From the NCBI GenBank assembly GCA_963691875.1, contig OY829846.1, forward strand, positions 3,296,001 through 3,360,000: a stretch of 64,000 nt of DNA, read 5' to 3'. The position numbers and the translations under genes are program-made. The notes beneath the pieces were generated by a model. The model saw nothing but the letters and a program-made list of their open reading frames with translations, was not told the origin of the DNA and made no database searches. Source of the DNA: Aureliella sp. (GTDB lineage Bacteria > Planctomycetota > Planctomycetia > Pirellulales > Pirellulaceae). This document shows, piece after piece, positions 37,047 through 47,253 of this stretch. Within the stretch, counting starts at the first letter, position 1. Each line of letters starts with the position of its first letter.

Positions 37047-38903
37047 ATGCAGGCCTGGTTTGCGGTCAACTTTGCTTGGTGGCAGCCTATTCTGTTGGTT
37101 GCCGTAACCGCCTTAGTCTACGCTCCCACAACCAGCTTGACTTTCATTTGGGATGACGATCAGTACGTTTACTCCAACCCCATGCTTCAGTCCCCGGATG
37201 GCCTTTATTCCATCTGGACTGATCCAAGCAAGTCTCCTCAGTACTATCCGATTACCTTCACCGTTCTGTGGGTTCAGTACCAGCTCTTCGAGGACGCCCC
37301 CGCTGGCTACCATGCGCTGAACGTTCTCCTTCACGTGATCAACAGCTTGCTGTGCTTTGTGGTGCTTAAGCAACTACGTTTGTCGGCTGCATTTTGGATT
37401 GCGATGGCATTCGCGCTCCATCCCATTCAAGTCGAAACCGTGGCTTGGGTAACGGAGCTCAAGAATCTTCTCTCTGGCATGTTTTACGGCTTGGCATGGC
37501 TCACCATTTGGCCAGCACTTGCACCGAAATGGTCACGCTCAAAACGTTTGCCAGAAGAGAATGAGGAGCAAGCCAGACCAGCCATACTACTGACCATTTT
37601 TCAGTTTGGGCTGGGCACTCTGCTTTTCGCATGTGCCCTTTACAGCAAATCCATCACTGCTTCATTACCAGCTGCTCTAGCTGTTGCCCTCTGGTTCGCC
37701 CAAGGAAACATTCGCCGCAGCCAGATCGCAATACTCATACCCTTACTGCTTCTTGGAGCCTTTGCAGGTTGGCAAACGGCTTCCATGGAGCTTGAGCATG
37801 TCGGTGCTATCGGAGACGATTGGAATTACGGTTTTGTGGAACGAGTTGGCATCGCCTCGCGCTGCGTCGTACACTACATCCAGCAGTGCAGTGTGCCGTT
37901 TGAGCAGATGTTTTTCTACCCTCGTTATGAGCCAAAGATAAACGCAACGGCCTTATTTGCGATACTCGCTTGTTTCACCATTGCCTTTTCACTTACGATC
38001 TACACTTGGAAGCAACGGAAGCGTGGGGCAATTAGCAGTGTCGCATTCTTTGTTGGCTCAGCCCTTCCCGCCCTTGGCTTTTTAAATGTCTATCCGCACC
38101 GCTTTTCGTTTGTGGCCGATCATTTTGTCTACTTGCCGGTCGTCGGGGTCTTCTGCTTCGTTTGGTCTATTTTGCTCGATGGAGCGAAATTTGTTTGCCG
38201 AGACTTCAAAGTACAGCCACCACTTTGCCTACTCGCATTTGTCGCGCTCTTATGCGTTTACTGCTTTCAGACGATGCGTTACACGCCTGTTTTCGAATCC
38301 GAGAAAACACTGTGGACGGACACTATAAACAAGAACCCTAGTTCGGTCGCTGCATTGCAGAATCTAGCCCTTGTCTACGTTCGGGAAAACGATCCTGACG
38401 GAGCGTTGTTCTACCTTGAGAAAGCGGAAGAATATAAGTTTGACCGCTTTCAAACTCTGAACAGCAAAGGCTTGGTACTTGGCATGCAAGGGCGAGTCAT
38501 TTCAGCCAAGCAGGCTTTCATGGAATCTATTACGGAAGATCCGACCAATCCAACACCTTGGGTCAACTTGGGCAACCTCTCCAGAAATGCCCCCAACTCC
38601 GGTGCAGGTCTGATGAGTCCCAAACAGTACTACGAAAAATCATGGCAAGTGAAACCCAACTATCTGGCCGCGTTTGCGCTCGGCGAAAGTGCTTTCAAGG
38701 CTGACGACTTTCTCATTGCAGCCGACTGGTATCAGAAAGCTGTATCAGAACGGCCTTGGGATATCGACGCTTTGTACAACCGCGCTCTTAGCCTTCTATC
38801 CGCAGGACAAGTTGACGAAGCCCGCGCCGCCTGTGAAGAATTGCTCGAACAGTACCCCAACGACAGAGAAACCAAGAAGTTACTTCGCAAGTGCCGGCCC
38901 TAG
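37047..38903 (+). CDS. TMTC-like GT-C membrane glycosyltransferase with C-terminal TPRs
   Basis: FIWDDDQYV loop after TM1, YYPITF, HALNVLLH, ALHPIQVETVAWV, ADHFVYLP, LW.DT...NP, then TPR helices. Confidence 0.78.
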   Translation: MQAWFAVNFAWWQPILLVAVTALVYAPTTSLTFIWDDDQYVYSNPMLQSPDGLYSIWTDPSKSPQYYPITFTVLWVQYQLFEDAPAGYHALNVLLHVINSLLCFVVLKQLRLSAAFWIAMAFALHPIQVETVAWVTELKNLLSGMFYGLAWLTIWPALAPKWSRSKRLPEENEEQARPAILLTIFQFGLGTLLFACALYSKSITASLPAALAVALWFAQGNIRRSQIAILIPLLLLGAFAGWQTASMELEHVGAIGDDWNYGFVERVGIASRCVVHYIQQCSVPFEQMFFYPRYEPKINATALFAILACFTIAFSLTIYTWKQRKRGAISSVAFFVGSALPALGFLNVYPHRFSFVADHFVYLPVVGVFCFVWSILLDGAKFVCRDFKVQPPLCLLAFVALLCVYCFQTMRYTPVFESEKTLWTDTINKNPSSVAALQNLALVYVRENDPDGALFYLEKAEEYKFDRFQTLNSKGLVLGMQGRVISAKQAFMESITEDPTNPTPWVNLGNLSRNAPNSGAGLMSPKQYYEKSWQVKPNYLAAFALGESAFKADDFLIAADWYQKAVSERPWDIDALYNRALSLLSAGQVDEARAACEELLEQYPNDRETKKLLRKCRP

Positions 38904-39134
38904 CAACACTCTCAAGCACCTACCTGCGCTGGAGTGTGAATCTCCCTCGGCTTCAGCCAGTTATCCGCCATCGCTCTCGCTCCGACGCTAGCATGCTCGG
39001 CTCAATTGACTAAATCGCGACTTTGATCGGTCCCGCAACCTTGCCCTACCTGACGCCCAGATCATGATCTCGATAGAATGCTACCGTAATAGTACATCTC
39101 GTCCTCTGCTACTTGCGCCGGCAACTGAGAATTT

Positions 39135-40409
39135 ATGGTTGGTGTTGATGACATCGTAATCACCGGAATCGGTTGCGTTACTTCGATTGGAATCGGAAGA
39201 GAAGCGTTCACTCAGGCAATGCGGGACGGAAAAAGTGCGGTCCGTGCAATTAATGAAACGGGCGAGGACCGACGGACCATCTACGCGGCTCCCGTTACGG
39301 ACTTCGAAGGCAAGCAATACGTAAAGCCACGCAAGGCGCTGAAGGTCATGAGCCCCGAAGTGCAAATGGCTTACAGCGCGGCTCAACTGGCTTGGCAGGA
39401 CGCTGGACTCGAAGAAGCAGAACTTGAGTCAGAACGGCTCGGTGTAATATATGGTTCGGAATTGATCCCTGGGAACCTCGATGACATGGTTGGAGGAGTC
39501 AAAGCCTGTGCCGAAGATGGCAAACTTGACCTTTCGCGTTGGGGAAAGGTTTTTGAGAAGCAAGTTTATCCACTTTGGATGCTCCGCAATCTTCCTAACA
39601 TGCCCGCCTGCCACGTCGGAATTGCCATCGACGCTCGTGGCCCGAACAACACCATCGCTCAAGAGGAAGTTAGCAGCCTTCTCGCCCTTCAAGAAGCTGC
39701 TTTGATGATCGAGCGCGACCGAGCGGATTTGATCGTCGTTGGTGGAATTGGCAATCGCTGTGCGCCCTCGCGGATCACCCACTGTTGGCAGGCAAGCTGC
39801 GACCGACATCCCTACGATTCCTCATCGCACGATTCACCACGCTGTCGTCCCTTCGCCTTCGACAGTCGGGGAATCGTGGCGGGTGCAGGAGCAGGAGCTA
39901 TCGTCCTGGAACGGCGAAGTCAAGCTGTTCGCCGCGGTGCCCATGTACTTGCTCGATACCGCGGAGGAGCGAGTCGTTGTGCGGCACCTAAGACTAAGTA
40001 CGGCGGCAGCCGCGTCAGTTCACAACTCGCCGTCGAAGCGGCCCTAGCTGAAGCAAATGTTGCGGCCAGTGACCTGGATCATATCAATGCACAAGGATAT
40101 GCCTTCCGTGACTTGGACCTTGAGGAAGCGGCCGCAATCGAGGCTTCGGTGGGTAGCACTCCCGTCACCGCCTTCTCGCCGAGGATTGGCACCGCTGGGG
40201 CAGGTTGCGGAATACTGGAGTTGTTGGCAAGCTTGGTGGGCATGCAAGACAGTCGTCGATTCGGAATGCTTGGACATCCTGGCGCCAGCGTGGACTGCGA
40301 GCTTCATCTATGCTTGGAAGACGGCAAGACAAACTCACCCTACTTCTTAAAGCATAGTTTTACGCCTCTTGGACATGCAGCCGCAGTCGTGATTGAATCG
40401 GAAGTTTGA
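39135..40409 (+). CDS. Beta-ketoacyl synthase-fold protein lacking catalytic residues (chain-length-factor-like)
   Basis: VITGIG, LPNMPACH, GPNNTIAQEEVSS (Cys to Glu), HINAQG (His to Gln); second His also absent. Confidence 0.8.
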   Translation: MVGVDDIVITGIGCVTSIGIGREAFTQAMRDGKSAVRAINETGEDRRTIYAAPVTDFEGKQYVKPRKALKVMSPEVQMAYSAAQLAWQDAGLEEAELESERLGVIYGSELIPGNLDDMVGGVKACAEDGKLDLSRWGKVFEKQVYPLWMLRNLPNMPACHVGIAIDARGPNNTIAQEEVSSLLALQEAALMIERDRADLIVVGGIGNRCAPSRITHCWQASCDRHPYDSSSHDSPRCRPFAFDSRGIVAGAGAGAIVLERRSQAVRRGAHVLARYRGGASRCAAPKTKYGGSRVSSQLAVEAALAEANVAASDLDHINAQGYAFRDLDLEEAAAIEASVGSTPVTAFSPRIGTAGAGCGILELLASLVGMQDSRRFGMLGHPGASVDCELHLCLEDGKTNSPYFLKHSFTPLGHAAAVVIESEV

Positions 40410-40675
40410 CGAAACAGCCTGCGAATCGAGGTACACTAAACCGTCTCGGTTGAGAAACTGCGAGTACAATTCCGTGATCTCGTAGGCCAATAACGCGCGA
40501 AACGCTGTTACGGCGACGCGGCCAGCAGACTTAGCGGCATTGGTCCTAGCCGCAGGTTCTTCAGTTCGCCGTCGCGCGTTTATCGGAGTGGCCGCTATAC
40601 ACGGCGCATCTACTCGCGAAAAGCCCGAGACCTCACGGCGATACGACTAACTGAAACAACAGACCGCCTTGCACA

Positions 40676-41398
40676 TTGAATACAGGGATGCTGGAACCAG
40701 ACTTTCTCCACGTAGCGATGGACGAGCCCGATCAATGCCCCTATCTGACTGGGCAGACCGCCCGAATGCCCTTGCGTGTGCCGCGTGTGGGACTTTACGG
40801 CGAGCAAGTCGATCAGCTGCTGGAATCTGGTTTTCGGCGTACAGGCCTGTTCTTTTACCGAACTCAATGCCCCAATTGTCAGGCCTGTGAAGCAACGCGA
40901 CTGGAAGTGCAAACTTTTAAACCAACGCGTTCTCAAAAGCGTGTGCAAAAGAAAGGTGATGCCGCATTTGAAACGCGCATTGCGACGCCAACACTAGATG
41001 CAACGCGACTACGTTTATTCAACGAACATCGACTCAAGCGAGGTTTGGCGCAGCGGGAAGGCGCTCTCGACGAGGGTGATTATCGAGGGTTTTTACTTAA
41101 CGCTCCCTGCGAGTCAGTGGAGTTGAGCCTATGGAAAGAAGGGGAACTGCAGGCCGTCTCGATCACCGACGTGGGTGCCAATTCCTTGTCAGCCGTGTAC
41201 TGTTTTTTTGACCCGGAGTCGTCAGGATTGAGCCCCGGAACTTACGCCATCCTACAACAGATTCGCTTTGCCGAACAACTCGAACGCAAATGGTTGTATC
41301 TTGGCTATTACGTGCGTGACAATCGCCATCTGAACTATAAGTCGCGTTTCGGTCCACAGCAGAGATTGCTGTCAAACACGTGGGTAAATTTTGACTAA
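40676..41398 (+). CDS. bpt: Arginyl-tRNA-protein transferase family (ATE/Bpt)
   Basis: CPYL, GFRRTG..YRTQCPNCQAC, SAVYCFFDP, SPGTYAIL, YLGYY, YKSRF. Confidence 0.85.
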   Translation: MNTGMLEPDFLHVAMDEPDQCPYLTGQTARMPLRVPRVGLYGEQVDQLLESGFRRTGLFFYRTQCPNCQACEATRLEVQTFKPTRSQKRVQKKGDAAFETRIATPTLDATRLRLFNEHRLKRGLAQREGALDEGDYRGFLLNAPCESVELSLWKEGELQAVSITDVGANSLSAVYCFFDPESSGLSPGTYAILQQIRFAEQLERKWLYLGYYVRDNRHLNYKSRFGPQQRLLSNTWVNFD

Positions 41399-41941
41399 AG
41401 TTAATTTCTTCGTGATCTCTCTTGCTATAACGCACCGATATTTCATATTCAGAAATTGGTTCCTCTTCTTTTTGATTGGATTCGGAACTGTGTCGCCTCT
41501 CACACAACCTGAATTCGTAGAAACCACAACCTGACGCACTTCGCTCAAAAAGCGTGCGTAGGGGAATCGCCACAGATGGATGTCTTGCAAAAGACAGGTC
41601 CGGCAGGCGAATTCTTTCTCTCTGGATCTGGCTATTTGCTGGTGGCACAGCACACTCCGCCACACAGTGTTGCTTCTTTTGCCAGCTGCTTGCAACGCAT
41701 GCATTATGCCAAGCACTCGAATACAAGAGAACACTAGTGAACAGATCGCGTCAGAACCCATCGATTTCCTCAGTAAGTCTTCGCCATAAGTGTCGACGCA
41801 TCGGGGGGAACAGCCAGTTGCTGCACTCGTGGTGCTTCCAACCACGAACGCTCCACTGAGTCCTGACGTTAGATCTTGCAACCGGCTTTCCCTTGTCTTC
41901 TGTGCTGAGCGTCCAGGCCGAAGAGACAAGGGAGAAGCAAA

Positions 41942-42433
41942 ATGGGACTTGTACTACTTGAAAGCGTCTTATTATCACTGTTGCTGGCCATACCTTCTGG
42001 GCCAGGTACTCACACCAAGATTGTTCGAGTCGCGGATTCACAATCAAAACAGGCCGACCCGAAGACGGTCTTCTTACGCGATAAGATTTCGCAGACCGTC
42101 GACTTAATCGAGCTCAATCACTACTACGACGATCTTGGCCGACACTCCTACGATCAAGTAATCTTCTACGAGTGGTCTCCTGACTACGCTCGCTTCCATG
42201 TCATCGCTTGGAGCCTGGTCGAGAAGAATCAAACCAAGAAGCCTCGTAAAGATCCACATCGTGGTGACTACTATTCACGCTGGTACGATCGCGAATCCAA
42301 TGTGCATCGTACAATTCGATCAAAGGTGTTCCTCGAAACCTGGAGCAAAACCGATCCAGAACGTGCCAACAAAAAGCTGCTCGACGAGAAGTACCGCGTG
42401 AGGTTCATTCGACCAGCGAAGATTGAGCGGTAG
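41942..42433 (+). CDS. Hypothetical exported protein
   Basis: GGAGA SD, signal-like N-terminus and an ordered-looking core (VDLIELNHYYD..DQVIFYEW). Confidence 0.7.
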   Translation: MGLVLLESVLLSLLLAIPSGPGTHTKIVRVADSQSKQADPKTVFLRDKISQTVDLIELNHYYDDLGRHSYDQVIFYEWSPDYARFHVIAWSLVEKNQTKKPRKDPHRGDYYSRWYDRESNVHRTIRSKVFLETWSKTDPERANKKLLDEKYRVRFIRPAKIER

Positions 42434-42575
42434 CTTGATCTTGCGAGCAACGCCCCGCACGTTCCAACGGCCTACGTATAGCGTGGCGAGGAATTCTGGA
42501 AGGCTTGGAGCCTAAGCGACGGGGAGGGCATCGCCCAGCTGGTAGACACCGGCAGGATATCTATGCCACATAAGA

Positions 42576-43904
42576 CTAATTACGTAGATCGTGCCAACGG
42601 CGTGATTTGAGTTCGCTACGCGGCAGGCTATCGGGGGCTGCGAGACTCACAGGGATGCGCAGCCCCAAACGCATCTGCAGTCGCTTTTCCAATTCCAACT
42701 GAGTAGATTCATCAGCTTCGATTGAAATGGCAAGTTGGTCGAGTGCGGCGGACCGCGTCACTTGGACTTGATATTCGGCGATGCTGTTAAATTCCCGCAC
42801 CACTGCGTCGATGCTGCTGGGGAAAACATTGACGCCGCGGACCGTGACCATATTGTCGCTCCGCCCAACCACTCCCTGCGGCATCCATAGGAAACGGCAA
42901 GGGCCGGAGGTTGGGCGTTCTGCGATGACAACATCTCCAGTCCTGTAGCGAATCACAGGTGCACCGTAGCGACAAAGTGAGGTAATCACAAGCTCTCGGA
43001 AAGCAGCCGAGCTGCTGTCCGCCAGAGCCGTATGATCCGTCTCGACCGGAAGTAGCTCAGCAATAAAGCTCGTTTCGATCACATGCAATCCTGGGCGAGC
43101 TGGCCAACCGAACCCCCAAGGACCGATCTCCGTTGCACCGCTGTGATCCACTACTTTCGCTTGCCAGAGCGATTCCATCCGGCTTCTCACTTCAGGAACG
43201 CTGCCACCTGACTCACCTGCCACAATCAATCGCTTGACCGGGAGGGCAGCAATATCAAAGTTCTCGCGTTCGGCAACTTCTGCCATGTGCAGAGCGTACG
43301 ACGGCGTACAACAAAGGAGGGTAGCTTTGCTGGAACGCATAAACTCCAGTCGGGCGAGTGTGCTCAAGCCACCCCCAGGAATGACCATCGCTCCACGATC
43401 CACGCAAGCTTGATGAGCGCTCCAGAACCCGATGAACGGCCCGAACGAAAAGGCGAGAAAAACGCGATCTTCCACGCCGATCTCAGCCGCCTCGAGCACG
43501 TGCTGCCAAGTGGAGGACCAGCAACGCCAGTCGAGTTCGGTATCAAGAATTGGAAGCGGTTTTCCCGTCGTGCCACTCGTGCGATGCAAACGAGAGTACT
43601 CTTGGCTGGGATAACTGTGATGCGAGCTGATTCCATCTTTCGCTTCCGCGCCGCTGGCGACTAGCTCCTGTTTGCTGGTCATCGGTAGATTCGACAGATC
43701 ATCGAGACTACTCAGTTGCAGGAAGTCACTTCCAAACTTCTGCTGATAGAACTTATTGCTCGGGAGGATCGCAGCCAGCTGACCGTTCAATTGCTTGAGC
43801 TGCCAGTCGCGGATCTGGTCTTCGCTCCATTGCCAACAATCACTAGGGCGAAGCGCTAAGTGTCTCTGCTGTGTCGCGTCCGGTCTTAAAGGCGTATGCG
43901 TCAT
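42576..43904 (-). CDS. Phenylacetate--CoA ligase (PaaK)-like adenylate-forming enzyme
   Basis: TSGTTGKP, TPSYALHMAE, DHSGATE, IRYRTGD, GRSDNMVTVRGVNVFPS; 4 bp downstream of proB. Confidence 0.85.
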   Translation of the reverse strand: MTHTPLRPDATQQRHLALRPSDCWQWSEDQIRDWQLKQLNGQLAAILPSNKFYQQKFGSDFLQLSSLDDLSNLPMTSKQELVASGAEAKDGISSHHSYPSQEYSRLHRTSGTTGKPLPILDTELDWRCWSSTWQHVLEAAEIGVEDRVFLAFSFGPFIGFWSAHQACVDRGAMVIPGGGLSTLARLEFMRSSKATLLCCTPSYALHMAEVAERENFDIAALPVKRLIVAGESGGSVPEVRSRMESLWQAKVVDHSGATEIGPWGFGWPARPGLHVIETSFIAELLPVETDHTALADSSSAAFRELVITSLCRYGAPVIRYRTGDVVIAERPTSGPCRFLWMPQGVVGRSDNMVTVRGVNVFPSSIDAVVREFNSIAEYQVQVTRSAALDQLAISIEADESTQLELEKRLQMRLGLRIPVSLAAPDSLPRSELKSRRWHDLRN

Positions 43905-43908
43905 GAGT

Positions 43909-45054
43909 TCAGACCAAAACGATGTTATCGCGGTGAATCACTTCCTCGTAAGGGCAGTGTCCTAGCTTTTCGGCAATGGCTTCCGACTTCAGTCCAATGA
44001 TCTTTTGAAGTTCGTCAGCAGAATAGTTAGTGAGTCCGCGAGCGAACTCGTTTCCGTCAGCATCGCAGATGGAAAGTACATCTCCTTTGTGAAAGCTGCC
44101 TTCGCATCTTAAGATCCCGATGGCCAGCAAGCTCGGGCCATTCTTCTTAAGCGCTTGGGTGGCCCCAGAATCACAGTGCACGGCTCCTGCAACTTGAGCC
44201 GAAAAACCAATCCAACGTTTCTTAGGAGCCAAGCCCCGCGACTGAGGCAGGAACAGAGTCCCGATCTCCTCTCCCTCGAGAACGCGTTTCAAAACATCAG
44301 GCGTTCGGCCTCCTGCGATGATTACAGGGGCCCCGCTGCGTGTCGTAAAATGAGCCGCCTTGAGTTTGCTGTACATCCCGCCTTTGCCAACACCGCCTGA
44401 AGTGTCGACCGCGAGGGCGAGAATCGAATCGTTGACTGTTTCTATTTCTCGCAAAACCATTGCGTCGCTATCTTCGCCAGGTCTCGCCGAATATACCCCG
44501 TCCACATCGCTAAGAATGATCAGGGCAGGGCGGGCGAAAAGTCCGGCGACCATCGCGGCCAGCCGGTCGTTGTCACCGAAAGTCGTAAGCAACTCGTCTA
44601 CGGAAACGGAATCATTCTCGTTGATGATCGGGATGGTGCCGATCTTTAGCAGCGTTCGCAGCGTGTTGCGAAGATTCAAGTACCGCGCTCGATCATCAAT
44701 GTCTTCGGCGGTCAATAATACTTGAGCTGCATGTCGCGAATGCCGAGAAAAGTGCTGTTCATAGGTTTGGATTAAGTGAGCTTGCCCTACCGATGCGACC
44801 GCTTGAAGGTGGGCTAAGTCCTTGGGCCGCTCTGCCATCGCAAGCCTTGCCATGCCGGCCGCAACGGCACCACTGCTAACCAATACGACTTCATGCTGCT
44901 CCGAAAGCAGCGAAAGCTGAGTTGCCAGCGAGGTAATTCGCGCGACATCGAGCTTCCCATCTTCGGTGGACAGCACGCGTGAGCCAACTTTAACCACTAA
45001 GGTATCGCAAGCGGCAAGCAATTCTTTTCGAGATGGTAAAACTTGCGAATCCAT
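43909..45054 (-). CDS. proB: Glutamate 5-kinase (with PUA domain)
   Basis: VVKVGS, VSSGAV, IINENDSV, FGDNDRL, GGMYSKL, IHRDN. Confidence 0.97.
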   Translation of the reverse strand: MDSQVLPSRKELLAACDTLVVKVGSRVLSTEDGKLDVARITSLATQLSLLSEQHEVVLVSSGAVAAGMARLAMAERPKDLAHLQAVASVGQAHLIQTYEQHFSRHSRHAAQVLLTAEDIDDRARYLNLRNTLRTLLKIGTIPIINENDSVSVDELLTTFGDNDRLAAMVAGLFARPALIILSDVDGVYSARPGEDSDAMVLREIETVNDSILALAVDTSGGVGKGGMYSKLKAAHFTTRSGAPVIIAGGRTPDVLKRVLEGEEIGTLFLPQSRGLAPKKRWIGFSAQVAGAVHCDSGATQALKKNGPSLLAIGILRCEGSFHKGDVLSICDADGNEFARGLTNYSADELQKIIGLKSEAIAEKLGHCPYEEVIHRDNIVLV

Positions 45055-45436
45055 GAAGTCTTTGAATTATCGTACTAGATTCAGACTAGGCAATTTGAGT
45101 GGCAAGAAGCTGGAATAGTAAAGCAGTTTGGACACAATTACTGCACCGCCGGGTGACAAGATATGCGGAGCATCGGTATTTTACCGAGGCTGGGCCCGCA
45201 AGGTTGTGGCCAGCCCACCAAGCGATTGTGTCAACCATTTGCTGATTGTGAAGACGTGGCTACACTATCATAGTCCTCCCGCTTTAGCACCGAGTCTACC
45301 GGAGCACAATTGGATGAGCGAGCGGCCTAGATCAACTTCAGGACGAAGTTTGTTGATGGCAAGAGCGCTGGCTGTCTTATTTCGCACCAGGGACAGTAGA
45401 CGAGCTACCTTCTGAAAACAGGTTCAGAAACTTCTC

Positions 45437-45556
45437 ATGAGCGAACTTCATCATGAGTGCGGCTTCGCCGCGATCTATCACTTGGACAGTGGCGATCTCG
45501 ACATCCAATATCTTGGGCAACTTATCCGATATGAGGCAGAACTATGTGTGGCCTAG
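45437..45556 (+). pseudogene. Remnant 5' end of a propeptide-type amidophosphoribosyltransferase (purF)
   Basis: Translates MSELHHECGFAAIYHLDSG..., the E-C-G propeptide/catalytic Cys motif of propeptide-type PurF; stops at 45556, overlapping the purF ATG out of frame. Confidence 0.6.
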
Positions 45557-47076
45557 TTGGAATCGTTGCAAAGCAAGAAGTCGCCCCTGAAATCTACGAT
45601 GCTTTGACTGTTCTGCAGCATCGCGGACAAGACGCAGCTGGGATGATGACCTGCTCCGAAGACCGTGTGAATCAACGAAAGAGCGTGGGTCTCGTCCGAG
45701 ATGTTTTTCGGCAGCAGCACATCTCTCGCTTGCAAGGGAAGATCGGCGTCGGGCACATTCGCTACCCGACTGCCGGAAGCGGTGGAGCAGCCAACGCACA
45801 GCCGTTCTATGTCAACACTCCCTACGGCATCGCGCTCGCTCATAACGGTAATCTCACCAACTCTCGTCAGCTCCGCGACGAGCTGTTTGAAACCGAGATG
45901 CGACATCTGAATACGGATTCAGATTCTGAAGTCCTGCTAAACGTATTTGCTCGCGAACTACACGATCGTGGACAGCTGCAGGCGTCCCCTGAAGACATCT
46001 TTGCTGCAGTCTCCGCAGTACACCGTCGCTGTAGCGGTGGTTACGCTGCCGTCGCCATGATCGTTAACCACGGCATCGTTGCTTTTCGCGACCCCTGGGG
46101 CATACGGCCACTGGTGGTAGGCTATCGCGGTGAGGGCAATGATCGTGAGTACATGGTTGCGTCAGAGAGTGTCGCGCTCGACGTTCTAGGCTTCACCTTA
46201 CTTTCCGATGTCGCGCCGGGTGAGGCAATATTCATTGATCAGGCTCGAAATCTGCACCGACAGCAGTGCGCATCGGAAACATCGCTCACCCCGTGTATTT
46301 TTGAGCACGTCTACTTTGCTCGACCCGATAGCATGCTCGATGAGATTTCGGTCTACAAAACAAGGAAACGGCAAGGAGAAGCCCTGGCCCGCAAGATTCA
46401 ACGTCTGAGACCTGATCACGATATCGACGTGGTCATCCCGATTCCTGATAGCAGTCGAACTGCTGGCCTATCCTTGGCTCAGACACTTGGTCTTAAGTAC
46501 CACGAAGCGTTCGTGAAGAATCGTTACATTGGGCGCACGTTTATCATGCCCGGACAGAAAGAGCGAAGGAAGTCCGTACGCCAGAAACTCAACCCCATTC
46601 GGCTCGAGTTCGAAGGCAAGAACGTCATGTTGGTGGACGACTCGATCGTCCGCGGAACCACTTGCAGAGAGATCATTCAGATGGCACGCGACGCTGGCGC
46701 GAATCGAGTCTATCTCGCCTCAGCTGCGCCTCCTGTTCGTTTCCCGAACGTCTACGGGATTGACATGCCGTCTCCAAGTGAACTCATCGCACATGGGCGT
46801 ACCGAAGAACAAGTTGGCGCGTTGATCGGTGCCGACTGGCTGGTCTACCAAGATCTCGATGAACTCGTACGATGCTCTCGAGAAGGAAACCCAGAGGTGG
46901 ATAGTTTCGAATGCTCGGTGTTCGACGGCAATTATGTCACGGGTGACGTTAATACCGCTTACCTTAAGTCCATCGACGCTGAGCGAAACGATGACGCCAA
47001 GGAACAGCAGCGCTCTGCTGTTGAAGGCGACGGTGTCGTGGTGGGGATTTACAACGACGTATCCGAGGCAAACTGA
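45544..47076 (+). CDS. purF: Amidophosphoribosyltransferase (E. coli type, no propeptide)
   Basis: [47 protein letters not shown]. Confidence 0.97.
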   Translation: MCGLVGIVAKQEVAPEIYDALTVLQHRGQDAAGMMTCSEDRVNQRKSVGLVRDVFRQQHISRLQGKIGVGHIRYPTAGSGGAANAQPFYVNTPYGIALAHNGNLTNSRQLRDELFETEMRHLNTDSDSEVLLNVFARELHDRGQLQASPEDIFAAVSAVHRRCSGGYAAVAMIVNHGIVAFRDPWGIRPLVVGYRGEGNDREYMVASESVALDVLGFTLLSDVAPGEAIFIDQARNLHRQQCASETSLTPCIFEHVYFARPDSMLDEISVYKTRKRQGEALARKIQRLRPDHDIDVVIPIPDSSRTAGLSLAQTLGLKYHEAFVKNRYIGRTFIMPGQKERRKSVRQKLNPIRLEFEGKNVMLVDDSIVRGTTCREIIQMARDAGANRVYLASAAPPVRFPNVYGIDMPSPSELIAHGRTEEQVGALIGADWLVYQDLDELVRCSREGNPEVDSFECSVFDGNYVTGDVNTAYLKSIDAERNDDAKEQQRSAVEGDGVVVGIYNDVSEAN

Positions 47077-47253
47077 GCTACTAGCTCCGGCCGGATATCG
47101 TTGAAGAGCACGCATCGCTGTTTAACACCCAGTCGCAGGCGGCGTCTTGTTTTGGTGAGGAAGCCGCTCTTATGGACTCGATTGCCCGCCATGCTTGTAC
47201 TCAAGGACTCAATGGTTTGCAGGTCCAGCTTGTCATTGAGGGCGAACCACCGT

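Noticed and set aside
41163..42107. Several overlapping 100-190 aa ORFs between bpt and the 41942 gene
   Set aside because: No motifs, Ser/Arg/Cys-rich composition and overlaps with real genes; likely spurious.
45280..45330. TCTACC suggesting a purine riboswitch before purF
   Set aside because: Other conserved loops and stems of purine or ZTP riboswitches are absent.
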